From: Eledone cirrhosa
Taxonomy: Eukaryota
Assembly: GCA_964016885.1 (NCBI GenBank)
Contig: OZ024740.1
Coordinates: 30,256,001-30,320,000, forward strand
Length of the DNA: 64,000 nucleotides
Reading direction: 5' to 3'
The notes beneath the pieces were generated by a model. It did no database searches. It saw only the letters and a program-made list of their open reading frames with translations, and was not told the origin of the DNA. How positions within the stretch are numbered: position 1 is the first letter of the stretch; each line of letters starts with the position of its first letter. Positions 14,341 to 29,079 of the stretch are shown one piece after another. The translations under genes were made by a program, and so were the position numbers.

Positions 14341-17300
14341 TAGTGACACTGTTAGTTATAGTTATTAGTCCTATTACTGTTACTATAGTGACACTGTCAG
14401 TTATAGTTACTAGTCCTATTACTGTTACTATAGTGACACTGTTAGTTATAGTTACTACTCCTATTACTGTTACTATAGTGACACTGTTAGTTATAGTTAC
14501 TAGTCCTATTATTATTACTATAGTGACACTGTTAGTTACAGTTACTAGTCCTATTGCTGTTACTATAGTGACACTGTTAGTTATAGTTACTAGTCCTATT
14601 GCTGTTACTATAGTGACACTGTTAGTTATAGTTACTAGTCATATTACTGTTACTATAGTGACACTGTTAGTTATAGTTACTAGTCCTATTGCTGTTACTA
14701 TAGTGACAGTGTTAGTTATAGTTACTAGTCCTATTATTGTTACTATAGTGACACTGTTAGTTACAGTTACTAGTCCTATTATTGTTACTATAGTGACACT
14801 GTTAGTTATAGTTACTACTCCTATTACTGTTACTATAGTGACACTGTTAGTTATAGTTACTAGTCCTATTGCTGTTACTATAGTGACACTGTTAGTTATA
14901 GTTACTAGTCCTATTGCTGTTACTATAGTGACACTGTTAGTTATAGTTACTAGTCCTATTACTGTTACTATAGTGACACTGTTAGTTATAGTTACTAGTC
15001 CTATTACTGTTACTATAGTGACACTGTTAGTTATAGTTACTAGTCCTATTGCTGTTACTATAGTGACACTGTTAGTTATAGTTACTAGTCCTATTACTGT
15101 TACTATACTGACAGTGTTAGTTATAGTTACTAGTCCTATTGCTGTTACTATAGTGACACTGTAAGTTATAGTTACTAGTCCTATTGCTGTTACTATAGTG
15201 ACACTGTTAGTTATAGTTACTAGTCCTATTAATGTTACTATAGTGACACAGTTAGTTATAGTTACTAGTCCTATTTCTGTTACTATAGTGACACTGTTAG
15301 TTATAGTTACTAGTCCTATTACTGTTACTATAGTGACACAGTTAGTTATAGTTACTAGTCCTATTGCTGTTACTATAGTGACAGTGTTAGTTATAGTTAC
15401 TAGTCCTATTACTGTTACTATAGTGACACTGTTAGTTATAGTTACTAGTCCTATTACTGTTACTATAGTGACACAGTTAGTTATAGTTACTAGTCCTATT
15501 GCTGTTACTATAGTGACAGTGTTAGTTATAGTTACTACTCCTATTACTGTTACTATAGTGACACTGTTAGTTATAGTTATTAGTCCTATTATGTAACTAT
15601 AGTGACACTGTTAGTTATAGTTACTAGTTCTATTACTGTTACTATAGTGACACTGTTAGTTATAGTTACTAGTCCTATTGCTGTTACTATAGTGACAGTG
15701 TTAGTTATAGTTACTAGTCCTATTACTGTTACTATGGTGACAGTGTTAGTTATAGTTACTAGTCCTATTACTGTTACTATAGTGACACTGTAAGTTATAG
15801 TTACTAGTCCTATTACTGTTACTATAGTGACACTGTTAGTTACAGTTACTAGTCCTATTACTGTTACTATAGTGACACTGTTAGTTATAGTTACTAGTCC
15901 TATTGCTGTTACTATAGTGACAGTGTTAGTTATAGTTACTAGTCCTATTACTGTTACTATAGTGACACTGTTAGTTATAATTACTAGTCCTATTACTGTT
16001 ACTATAGTGACACTGTTAGTTGTAGTTACTAGTCCTATTGCTGTTTCTATAGTGACAGTGTCAGTTATAGTTACTAGTCATATTACTGTTACTATAGTGA
16101 CAGTGTTAGTTATAGTTACAAGTCCTATTACTGTTACTATAGTGACACTATTAGTTATAGTTACTAGTCCTATTACTATTACTATAGTGACACAGTTAGT
16201 TATAGTTACTAGTCATATTATGTTACTATAGTGACACTGTTAGTTATAGTTACTAGTCATATTACTGTTACTATAGTTACTAGTCCTATTACTGTTACTA
16301 TAGTGACACTGTTAGTTAATCTTACTACTCCTATTACTGTTACTATAGTGACAGTGTTAGTTATAGTTACTAGTCCTATTACTGTTACTATAGTGACAGT
16401 GTTAGTTATAGTTACTAGTCCTATTACTGTTACTATAGTGACACTGTCAGTTATAGTTACTAGTCCTATTGCTGTTACTATAGTGACACTGTTAGTTATA
16501 GTTACTAGTCCTATTACTGCTACTATAGTGACACTGTTAGTTAATCTTACTTGTCATATTGCTGTTACTATAGTGACACTGTTAGTTATAGTTACTAGTC
16601 ATATTGCTGTTACTATAGTGACACTGTTAGTTATAGTTACTAGTCCTATTGCTGTTACTATAGTGACAGTGTTAGTTACAGTTACTAGTCCTATTGCTGT
16701 TACTATAGTGACACTGTTAGTTATAGTTACTACTACTATTACTGTTACTATAGTGACACTGTTAGTTATAGTTACTAGTCCTATTACTGTTACTATAGTG
16801 ACACTGTTAGTTATAGTTACTACTCCTATTACTGTTACTATAGTGACACTGTTAGTTACAGTTACTAGTCCTATTGCTGTTACTATAGTGACACTGTTAG
16901 TTATAGTTACTAGTCCTATTGCTGTTACTATAGTGACACTGTTAGTTATAGTTACTAGTCCTATTGCTGTTACTATAGTGACACTGTTAGTTATAGTTAC
17001 TAGTCCTATTACTGTTACTATAGTGACACTGTTAGTTATAATTACTAGTCCTATTACTGTTACTATAGTGACACTGTTAGTTATAGTTACTAGTCCTATT
17101 GCTGTTTCTATAGTGACACTGTTAGTTATAGTTACTAGTCATATTACTGTTACTATAGTGACAGTGTTAGTTATAGTTACAAGTCCTATTTCTGTTACTA
17201 TAGTGACACTATTAGTTATAGTTACTAGTCCTATTACTATTACTATAGTGACACAGTTAGTTATAGTTACTAGTCATATTACTGTTACTATAGTGACACT

Positions 17301-20300
17301 GTCAGTTATAGTTACTAGTCCTATTATGTTACTATAGTGACACTGTTAGTTATAGTTACTAGTCCTATTACTGTTACTATAGTGACAGTGTTAGTTATAG
17401 TTACTAGTCCTATTACTGTTACTATAGTGACACTGTTAGTTATAGTTACTACTCCTATTAGTGTTACTATAGTGACACTGTTAGTTATAGTTACTAGTCA
17501 TATTACTGTTACTATAGTTACTAGTCCTATTACTGTTACTATAGTGACACTGTTAGTTAATCTTACTACTCCTATTACTGTTACTATAGTGACAGTGTTA
17601 GTTATAGTTACTAGTCCTATTACTGTTACTATAGTGACAGTGTTAGTTATAGTTACTAGTCCTATTACTGTTACTATAGTGACACTGTCAGTTATAGTTA
17701 CTAGTCCTATTGCTGTTACTATAGTGACACTGTTAGTTATAGTTACTAGTCCTATTACTGCTACTATAGTGACACTGTTAGTTAATCTTACTTGTCATAT
17801 TGCTGTTACTATAGTGACACTGTTAGTTATAGTTACTAGTCATATTGCTGTTACTATAGTGACAGTGTTAGTTATAGTTACTAGTCCTATTACTGTTACT
17901 ATACTGACAGTGTTAGTTATAGTTACTAGTCCTATTACTGTTACTATAGTGACACTGTTAGTTATAATTACTAGTCCTATTACTGTTACTATAGTGACAC
18001 TGTTAGTTATAGTTACTAGTCCTATTGCTGTTACTATAGTGACACTGTTAGTTATAGTTACTAGTCCTATTACTGTTACTATAGTGACACTATTAGTTAT
18101 AGTTACTAGTCCTATTACTATTACTATAGTGGCACTGTTAGTTATAGTTACTAGTCATATTACTGTTACTATAGTGACACTGTTAGTTATAATTACTAGT
18201 CCTATTACTGTTACTATAGTGACACTGTTAGTTATAGTTACTAGTCCTATTACTGTTACTATAGTGACACTGTTAGTTATAGTTACTAGTCCTATTGCTG
18301 TTTCTATAGTGACAGTGTCAGTTATAGTTACTAGTCCTATTACTGTTACTATAGTGACAGTGTTAGTTACAGTTACTAGTCTTATTACTGTTACTATAGT
18401 GACACTGTTAGTTACAGTTACTAGTCCTATTACTGTTACTATAGTGACACTGTTAGTTATAGTTACTAGTCCTATTATGTAACTATAGTGACACTGTTAG
18501 TTATAGTTACTAGTCCTATTACTGTTTCTATAGTGACACTGTTAGTTATAGTTACTAGTCCTATTACTGTTACTATAGTGACATTGTTAGTTACAGTTAC
18601 TAGTCCTATTATTGTTACTATAGTGACACTGTTAGTTATAGTTACTACTCCTATTACTGTTACTAGAGTGACACTGTTAGTTATAGTTACTAGTCCTATT
18701 ACTGTTACTATAGTGACACTGTTTGTTATAGTTACTAGTCCTATTATTGTTACTATAGTGACACTGTTAGTTATAGTTACTACTCCTATTACTGTTACTA
18801 TAGTGACACTGTTAGTTATAGTTACTACTCCTATTACTGTTACTATAGTGACACTGTTAGTTATAGTTACTAGTCCTATTATTATTACTATAGTGACACT
18901 GTTAGTTACAGTTACTAGTCCTATTGCTGTTACTATAGTGACACTGTTAGTTATAGTTACTAGTCCTATTGCTGTTACTATAGTGACACTGTTAGTTATA
19001 GTTACTAGTCATATTACTGTTACTATAGTGACACTGTTAGTTATAGTTACTAGTCCTATTGCTGTTACTATAGTGACAGTGTTAGTTATAGTTACTAGTC
19101 CTATTATTGTTACTATAGTGACACTGTTAGTTACAGTTACTAGTCCTATTATTGTTACTATAGTGACACTGTTAGTTATAGTTACTACTCCTATTACTGT
19201 TACTATAGTGACACTGTTAGTTATAGTTACTAGTCCTATTGCTGTTACTATAGTGACACTGTTAGTTATAGTTACTAGTCCTATTGCTGTTACTATAGTG
19301 ACACTGTTAGTTATAGTTACTAGTCCTATTACTGTTACTATAGTGACACTGTTAGTTATAGTTACTAGTCCTATTACTGTTACTATAGTGACACTGTTAG
19401 TTATAGTTACTAGTCCTATTGCTGTTACTATAGTGACACTGTTAGTTATAGTTACTAGTCCTATTACTGTTACTATACTGACAGTGTTAGTTATAGTTAC
19501 TAGTCCTATTGCTGTTACTATAGTGACACTGTAAGTTATAGTTACTAGTCCTATTGCTGTTACTATAGTGACACTGTTAGTTATAGTTACTAGTCCTATT
19601 AATGTTACTATAGTGACACAGTTAGTTATAGTTACTAGTCCTATTTCTGTTACTATAGTGACACTGTTAGTTATAGATACTAGTCCTATTACTGTTACTA
19701 TAGTGACACAGTTAGTTATAGTTACTAGTCCTATTGCTGTCACTATAGTGACAGTGTTAGTTATAGGTACTAGTCCTATTACTGTTACTATAGTGACACT
19801 GTTAGTTATAGTTACTAGTCCTATTGCTGTTACTATAGTGACACTGTTAGTTATAGTTACTAGTCCTATTACTGTTACTATAGTGACACTGTTAGTTATA
19901 GTTACTAGTCCTATTACTGTTACTATAGTGACACTGTTAGTTATAGTTACTAGTCCTATTGCTGTTACTATAGTGACACTGTTAGTTATAGTTACTAGTC
20001 CTATTACTGTTACTATACTGACAGTGTTAGTTATAGTTACTAGTCCTATTGCTGTTACTATAGTGACACTGTAAGTTATAGTTACTAGTCCTATTGCTGT
20101 TACTATAGTGACACTGTTAGTTATAGTTACTAGTCCTATTAATGTTACTATAGTGACACAGTTAGTTATAGTTACTAGTCCTATTTCTGTTACTATAGTG
20201 ACACTGTTAGTTATAGATACTAGTCCTATTACTGTTACTATAGTGACACAGTTAGTTATAGTTACTAGTCCTATTGCTGTCACTATAGTGACAGTGTTAG

Positions 20301-22961
20301 TTATAGGTACTAGTCCTATTACTGTTACTATAGTGACACTGTTAGTTATAGTTACTAGTCCTATTACTGTTACTATAGTGACAGTGTTAGTTATAGTTAC
20401 TAGTCCTATTACTGTTACTATAGTGACACTGTCAGTTATAGTTACTAGTCCTATTGCTGTTACTATAGTGACACTGTTAGTTATAGTTACTAGTCCTATT
20501 ACTGCTACTATAGTGACACTGTTAGTTAATCTTACTTGTCATATTGCTGTTACTATAGTGACACTGTTAGTTATAGTTACTAGTCATATTGCTGTTACTA
20601 TAGTGACACTGTTAGTTATAGTTACTAGTCCTATTGCTGTTACTATAGTGACAGTGTTAGTTACAGTTACTAGTCCTATTGCTGTTACTATAGTGACACT
20701 GTTAGTTATAGTTACTACTACTATTACTGTTACTATAGTGACACTGTTAGTTATAGTTACTAGTCCTATTACTGTTACTATAGTGACACTGTTAGTTATA
20801 GTTACTACTCCTATTACTGTTACTATAGTGACACTGTTAGTTACAGTTACTAGTCCTATTGCTGTTACTATAGTGACACTGTTAGTTATAGTTACTAGTC
20901 CTATTGCTGTTACTATAGTGACACTGTTAGTTATAGTTACTAGTCCTATTGCTGTTACTATAGTGACACTGTTAGTTATAGTTACTAGTCCTATTACTGT
21001 TACTATAGTGACACTGTTAGTTATAATTACTAGTCCTATTACTGTTACTATAGTGACACTGTTAGTTATAGTTACTAGTCCTATTGCTGTTTCTATAGTG
21101 ACACTGTTAGTTATAGTTACTAGTCATATTACTGTTACTATAGTGACAGTGTTAGTTATAGTTACAAGTCCTATTTCTGTTACTATAGTGACACTATTAG
21201 TTATAGTTACTAGTCCTATTACTATTACTATAGTGACACAGTTAGTTATAGTTACTAGTCATATTACTGTTACTATAGTGACACTGTCAGTTATAGTTAC
21301 TAGTCCTATTATGTTACTATAGTGACACTGTTAGTTATAGTTACTAGTCCTATTACTGTTACTATAGTGACAGTGTTAGTTATAGTTACTAGTCCTATTA
21401 CTGTTACTATAGTGACACTGTTAGTTATAGTTACTACTCCTATTAGTGTTACTATAGTGACACTGTTAGTTATAGTTACTAGTCATATTACTGTTACTAT
21501 AGTTACTAGTCCTATTACTGTTACTATAGTGACACTGTTAGTTAATCTTACTACTCCTATTACTGTTACTATAGTGACAGTGTTAGTTATAGTTACTAGT
21601 CCTATTACTGTTACTATAGTGACAGTGTTAGTTATAGTTACTAGTCCTATTACTGTTACTATAGTGACACTGTCAGTTATAGTTACTAGTCCTATTGCTG
21701 TTACTATAGTGACACTGTTAGTTATAGTTACTAGTCCTATTACTGCTACTATAGTGACACTGTTAGTTAATCTTACTTGTCATATTGCTGTTACTATAGT
21801 GACACTGTTAGTTATAGTTACTAGTCATATTGCTGTTACTATAGTGACAGTGTTAGTTATAGTTACTAGTCCTATTACTGTTACTATACTGACAGTGTTA
21901 GTTATAGTTACTAGTCCTATTACTGTTACTATAGTGACACTGTTAGTTATAATTACTAGTCCTATTACTGTTACTATAGTGACACTGTTAGTTATAGTTA
22001 CTAGTCCTATTGCTGTTACTATAGTGACACTGTTAGTTATAGTTACTAGTCCTATTACTGTTACTATAGTGACACTATTAGTTATAGTTACTAGTCCTAT
22101 TACTATTACTATAGTGGCACTGTTAGTTATAGTTACTAGTCATATTACTGTTACTATAGTGACACTGTTAGTTATAATTACTAGTCCTATTACTGTTACT
22201 ATAGTGACACTGTTAGTTATAGTTACTAGTCCTATTACTGTTACTATAGTGACACTGTTAGTTATAGTTACTAGTCCTATTGCTGTTTCTATAGTGACAG
22301 TGTCAGTTATAGTTACTAGTCCTATTACTGTTACTATAGTGACAGTGTTAGTTACAGTTACTAGTCTTATTACTGTTACTATAGTGACACTGTTAGTTAC
22401 AGTTACTAGTCCTATTACTGTTACTATAGTGACACTGTTAGTTATAGTTACTAGTCCTATTATGTAACTATAGTGACACTGTTAGTTATAGTTACTAGTC
22501 CTATTACTGTTTCTATAGTGACACTGTTAGTTATAGTTACTAGTCCTATTACTGTTACTATAGTGACATTGTTAGTTACAGTTACTAGTCCTATTATTGT
22601 TACTATAGTGACACTGTTAGTTATAGTTACTACTCCTATTACTGTTACTAGAGTGACACTGTTAGTTATAGTTACTAGTCCTATTACTGTTACTATAGTG
22701 ACACTGTTTGTTATAGTTACTAGTCCTATTATTGTTACTATAGTGACACTGTTAGTTATAGTTACTACTCCTATTACTGTTACTATAGTGACACTGTTAG
22801 TTATAGTTACTACTCCTATTACTGTTACTATAGTGACACTGTTAGTTATAGTTACTAGTCCTATTATTATTACTATAGTGACACTGTTAGTTACAGTTAC
22901 TAGTCCTATTGCTGTTACTATAGTGACACTGTTAGTTATAGTTACTAGTCCTATTGCTGTT
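12598..22961 (+). repeat. Copy 2 of the ~10.4-kb direct duplication (offset 12,183 bp)
   Basis: ORF starts 12877, 14028, 15198, 15602, 15827, 16231, 17337, 18488, 19568, 20108, 21322 and 22473. Differences from copy 1 seen at 5694(A)/17877(G) and 8133(A)/20316(C). Confidence 0.95.
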
Positions 22962-25324
22962 ACTATAGTGACACTGTTAGTTATAGTTACTAGTCATATT
23001 ACTGTTACTATAGTGACACTGTTAGTTATAGTTACTAGTCCTATTGCTGTTACTATAGTGACAGTGTTAGTTATAGTTACTAGTCCTATTATTGTTACTA
23101 TAGTGACACTGTTAGTTACAGTTACTAGTCCTATTATTGTTACTATAGTGACACTGTTAGTTATAGTTACTACTCCTATTACTGTTACTATAGTGACACT
23201 GTTAGTTATAGTTACTAGTCCTATTGCTGTTACTATAGTGACACTGTTAGTTATAGTTACTAGTCCTATTGCTGTTACTATAGTGACACTGTTAGTTATA
23301 GTTACTAGTCCTATTACTGTTACTATAGTGACACTGTTAGTTATAGTTACTAGTCCTATTACTGTTACTATAGTGACACTGTTAGTTATAGTTACTAGTC
23401 CTATTGCTGTTACTATAGTGACACTGTTAGTTATAGTTACTAGTCCTATTACTGTTACTATACTGACAGTGTTAGTTATAGTTACTAGTCCTATTGCTGT
23501 TACTATAGTGACACTGTAAGTTATAGTTACTAGTCCTATTGCTGTTACTATAGTGACACTGTTAGTTATAGTTACTAGTCCTATTAATGTTACTATAGTG
23601 ACACAGTTAGTTATAGTTACTAGTCCTATTTCTGTTACTATAGTGACACTGTTAGTTATAGATACTAGTCCTATTACTGTTACTATAGTGACACAGTTAG
23701 TTATAGTTACTAGTCCTATTGCTGTCACTATAGTGACAGTGTTAGTTATAGGTACTAGTCCTATTACTGTTACTATAGTGACACTGTTAGTTATAGTTAC
23801 TAGTCCTATTACTGTTACTATAGTGACACAGTTAGTTATAGTTACTAGTCCTATTGCTGTTACTATAGTGACAGTGTTAGTTATAGTTACTACTCCTATT
23901 ACTGTTACTATAGTGACACTGTTAGTTATAGTTATTAGTCCTATTATGTAACTATAGTGACACTGTTAGTTATAGTTACTAGTTCTATTACTGTTACTAT
24001 AGTGACACTGTTAGTTATAGTTACTAGTCCTATTGCTGTTACTATAGTGACAGTGTTAGTTATAGTTACTAGTCCTATTACTGTTACTATGGTGACAGTG
24101 TTAGTTATAGTTACTAGTCCTATTACTGTTACTATAGTGACACTGTAAGTTATAGTTACTAGTCCTATTACTGTTACTATAGTGACACTGTTAGTTACAG
24201 TTACTAGTCCTATTACTGTTACTATAGTGACACTGTTAGTTATAGTTACTAGTCCTATTGCTGTTACTATAGTGACAGTGTTAGTTATAGTTACTAGTCC
24301 TATTACTGTTACTATAGTGACACTGTTAGTTATAATTACTAGTCCTATTACTGTTACTATAGTGACACTGTTAGTTGTAGTTACTAGTCCTATTGCTGTT
24401 TCTATAGTGACAGTGTCAGTTATAGTTACTAGTCATATTACTGTTACTATAGTGACAGTGTTAGTTATAGTTACAAGTCCTATTACTGTTACTATAGTGA
24501 CACTATTAGTTATAGTTACTAGTCCTATTACTATTACTATAGTGACACAGTTAGTTATAGTTACTAGTCATATTATGTTACTATAGTGACACTGTTAGTT
24601 ATAGTTACTAGTCCTATTACTATTACTATAGTGACACTGTCAGTTATAGTTACTAGTCCTATTATGTTACTATAGTGACACTGTTAGTTATAGTTACTAG
24701 TCCTATTAGTGTTACTATAGTGACACTGTTAGTTATAGTTACTAGTCCTATTACTGTTACTATAGTTACTAGTCCTATTACTGTTACTATAGTGACACTG
24801 TTAGTTATAGTTACTACTCCTATTACTGTTACTATAGTGACACTGTTAGTTATAGTTACTAGTCCTATTACTGTTACTATAGTGACACTGTTAGTTACAG
24901 TTACTAGTCCTATTGCTGTTACTATAGTGACACTGTTAGTTATAGTTACTATTCCTATTGCTGTTACTATAGTGAAACTGTTAGTTATAGTTACTAGTCC
25001 TATTACTGTTACTATAGTGACACTGTTAGTTATAGTTACTAGTCCTATTGCTGTTACTATAGTGACAGTGTTAGTTATAGTTACTAGTCATATTACTGTT
25101 ACTATAGTGACACTGTTAGTTATAGTTACTAGTCCTATTGCTGTTACTATAGTGACAGTGTTAGTTATAGTTACTAGTCCTATTATTGTTACTATAGTGA
25201 CACTGTTAGTTACAGTTACTAGTCCTATTATTGTTACTATAGTGACACTGTTAGTTATAGTTACTACTCCTATTACTGTTACTATAGTGACACTGTTAGT
25301 TATAGTTACTAGTCCTATTGCTGT

Positions 25325-28300
25325 TACTATAGTGACACTGTTAGTTATAGTTACGAGTCCTATTACTGTTACTATAGTGACACTGTTAGTTATAGTTACT
25401 AGTCCTATTACTGTTACTATAGTGACACTGTTAGTTATAGTTACTAGTCCTATTGCTGTTACTATAGTGAAACTGTTAGTTATAGTTACTAGTCCTATTA
25501 CTGTTACTATAGTGACACTGTTAGTTATAGTTACTAGTCCTATTGCTGTTACTATAGTGACACTGTTAGTTATAGTTACTAGTCCTATTACTGTTACTAT
25601 ACTGACAGTGTTAGTTATAGTTACTAGTCCTATTGCTGTTACTATAGTGACACTGTAAGTTATAGTTACTAGTCCTATTGCTGTTACTATAGTGACACTG
25701 TTAGTTATAGTTACTAGTCCTATTACTGTTACTATAGTGACACAGTTAGTTATAGTTACTAGTCCTATTTCTGTTACTATAGTGACACTGTTAGTTATAG
25801 TTACTAGTCCTATTACTGTTACTATAGTGACACAGTTAGTTATAGTTACTAGTCCTATTGCTGTTACTATAGTGACAGTGTTAGTTATAGTTACTAGTTC
25901 TATTACTGTTACTATAGTGACACTGTTAGTTATAGTTACTAGTCCTATTACTGTTACTATAGTGACACAGTTAGTTATAGTTACTAGTCCTATTGCTGTT
26001 ACTATAGTGACAGTGTTAGTTATAGTTACTACTCCTATTACTGTTACTATAGTGACACTGTTAGTTATAGTTATTAGTCCTATTATGTAACTATAGTGAC
26101 ACTGTTAGTTATAGTTACTAGTTCTATTACTGTTACTATAGTGACACTGTTAGTTATAGTTACTAGTCCTATTGCTGTTACTATAGTGACAGTGTTAGTT
26201 ATAGTTACTAGTCCTATTACTGTTACTATGGTGACAGTGTTAGTTATAATTACTAGTCCTATTACTGTTACTATAGTGACACTGTTAGTTGTAGTTACTA
26301 GTCCTATTGCTGTTTCTATAGTGACAGTGTCAGTTATAGTTACTAGTCATATTACTGTTACTATAGTGACAGTGTTAGTTATAGTTACAAGTCCTATTAC
26401 TGTTACTATAGTGACACTATTAGTTATAGTTACTAGTCCTATTACTATTACTATAGTGACACAGTTAGTTATAGTTACTAGTCATATTATGTTACTATAG
26501 TGACACTGTTAGTTATAGTTACTAGTCCTATTACTATTACTATAGTGACACTGTCAGTTATAGTTACTAGTCCTATTATGTTACTATAGTGACACTGTTA
26601 GTTATAGTTACTAGTCCTATTAGTGTTACTATAGTGACACTGTTAGTTATAGTTACTAGTCCTATTACTGTTACTATAGTGACAGTGTTAGTTATAGTTA
26701 CTAGTCCTATTACTGTTACTATAGTGACACTGTTAGTTATAGTTACTAGTCCTATTAGTGTTACTATAGTGACACTGTTAGTTATAGTTACTAGTCATAT
26801 TACTGTTACTATAGTTACTAGTCCTATTAGTGTTACTATAGTGACACTGTTAGTTATAGTTACTAGTCCTATTACTGTTACTATAGTGACACTGTCAGTT
26901 ATAGTTACTAGTCCTATTGCTGTTACTATAGTGACACTGTTAGTTATAGTTACTAGTCCTATTACTGTTACTATAGTGACACTGTCAGTTATAGTTACTA
27001 GTCATATTGCTGTTACTATAGTGACACTGTTAGTTATAGTTACGAGTCCTATTACTGTTACTATAGTGACACTGTTAGTTATAGTTACTAGTCCTATTAC
27101 TGTTACTATAGTGACACTGTTAGTTATAGTTACGAGTCCTATTACTGTTACTATAGTGACACTGTTAGTTATAGTTACTAGTCCTATTACTGTTACTATA
27201 GTGACACTGTTAGTTATAGTTACTAGTCCTATTGCTGTTACTATAGTGAAACTGTTAGTTATAGTTACTAGTCCTATTACTGTTACTATAGTGACACTGT
27301 TAGTTATAGTTACTAGTCCTATTGCTGTTACTATAGTGACACTGTTAGTTATAGTTACTAGTCCTATTACTGTTACTATACTGACAGTGTTAGTTATAGT
27401 TACTAGTCCTATTGCTGTTACTATAGTGACACTGTAAGTTATAGTTACTAGTCCTATTGCTGTTACTATAGTGACACTGTTAGTTATAGTTACTAGTCCT
27501 ATTACTGTTACTATAGTGACACAGTTAGTTATAGTTACTAGTCCTATTTCTGTTACTATAGTGACACTGTTAGTTATAGTTACTAGTCCTATTACTGTTA
27601 CTATAGTGACACAGTTAGTTATAGTTACTAGTCCTATTGCTGTTACTATAGTGACAGTGTTAGTTATAGTTACTAGTTCTATTACTGTTACTATAGTGAC
27701 ACTGTTAGTTATAGTTACTAGTCCTATTACTGTTACTATAGTGACACAGTTAGTTATAGTTACTAGTCCTATTGCTGTTACTATAGTGACAGTGTTAGTT
27801 ATAGTTACTACTCCTATTACTGTTACTATAGTGACACTGTTAGTTATAGTTATTAGTCCTATTATGTAACTATAGTGACACTGTTAGTTATAGTTACTAG
27901 TTCTATTACTGTTACTATAGTGACACTGTTAGTTATAGTTACTAGTCCTATTGCTGTTACTATAGTGACAGTGTTAGTTATAGTTACTAGTCCTATTACT
28001 GTTACTATGGTGACAGTGTTAGTTATAATTACTAGTCCTATTACTGTTACTATAGTGACACTGTTAGTTGTAGTTACTAGTCCTATTGCTGTTTCTATAG
28101 TGACAGTGTCAGTTATAGTTACTAGTCATATTACTGTTACTATAGTGACAGTGTTAGTTATAGTTACAAGTCCTATTACTGTTACTATAGTGACACTATT
28201 AGTTATAGTTACTAGTCCTATTACTATTACTATAGTGACACAGTTAGTTATAGTTACTAGTCATATTATGTTACTATAGTGACACTGTTAGTTATAGTTA

Positions 28301-28822
28301 CTAGTCCTATTACTATTACTATAGTGACACTGTCAGTTATAGTTACTAGTCCTATTATGTTACTATAGTGACACTGTTAGTTATAGTTACTAGTCCTATT
28401 AGTGTTACTATAGTGACACTGTTAGTTATAGTTACTAGTCCTATTACTGTTACTATAGTGACAGTGTTAGTTATAGTTACTAGTCCTATTACTGTTACTA
28501 TAGTGACACTGTTAGTTATAGTTACTAGTCCTATTAGTGTTACTATAGTGACACTGTTAGTTATAGTTACTAGTCATATTACTGTTACTATAGTTACTAG
28601 TCCTATTAGTGTTACTATAGTGACACTGTTAGTTATAGTTACTAGTCCTATTACTGTTACTATAGTGACACTGTCAGTTATAGTTACTAGTCCTATTGCT
28701 GTTACTATAGTGACACTGTTAGTTATAGTTACTAGTCCTATTACTGTTACTATAGTGACACTGTCAGTTATAGTTACTAGTCATATTGCTGTTACTATAG
28801 TGACACTGTTAGTTATAGTTAC
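25325..28822 (+). repeat. 1,779-bp (40-monomer) tandem duplication
   Basis: ORF starts 25692/27471, 26096/27875 and 26589/28368; rare variants ttacgag (25355/27134) and gtgaaac recur at the same offset. 39x45 + 27 - 3 = 1779. Confidence 0.92.
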
Positions 28823-29079
28823 TAGTCATATTACTGTTACTATAGTTACTAGTCCTATTACTGTTACTATAGTGACAGTGTTAGTTATAGTTACTAGTCC
28901 TATTACTTTTACTATAGTGACAGTGTTAGTTATAGTTACTAGTCCTATCACTGTTACTATAGTGACACTGTTAGTTATAGTTACTAGTCCTATTACTGTT
29001 ACTATAGTGACACTGTTAGTTATAGTTACTAGTCCTATTACTGTTACTATAGTGACACTGTTAGTTATAGTTACTAGTC

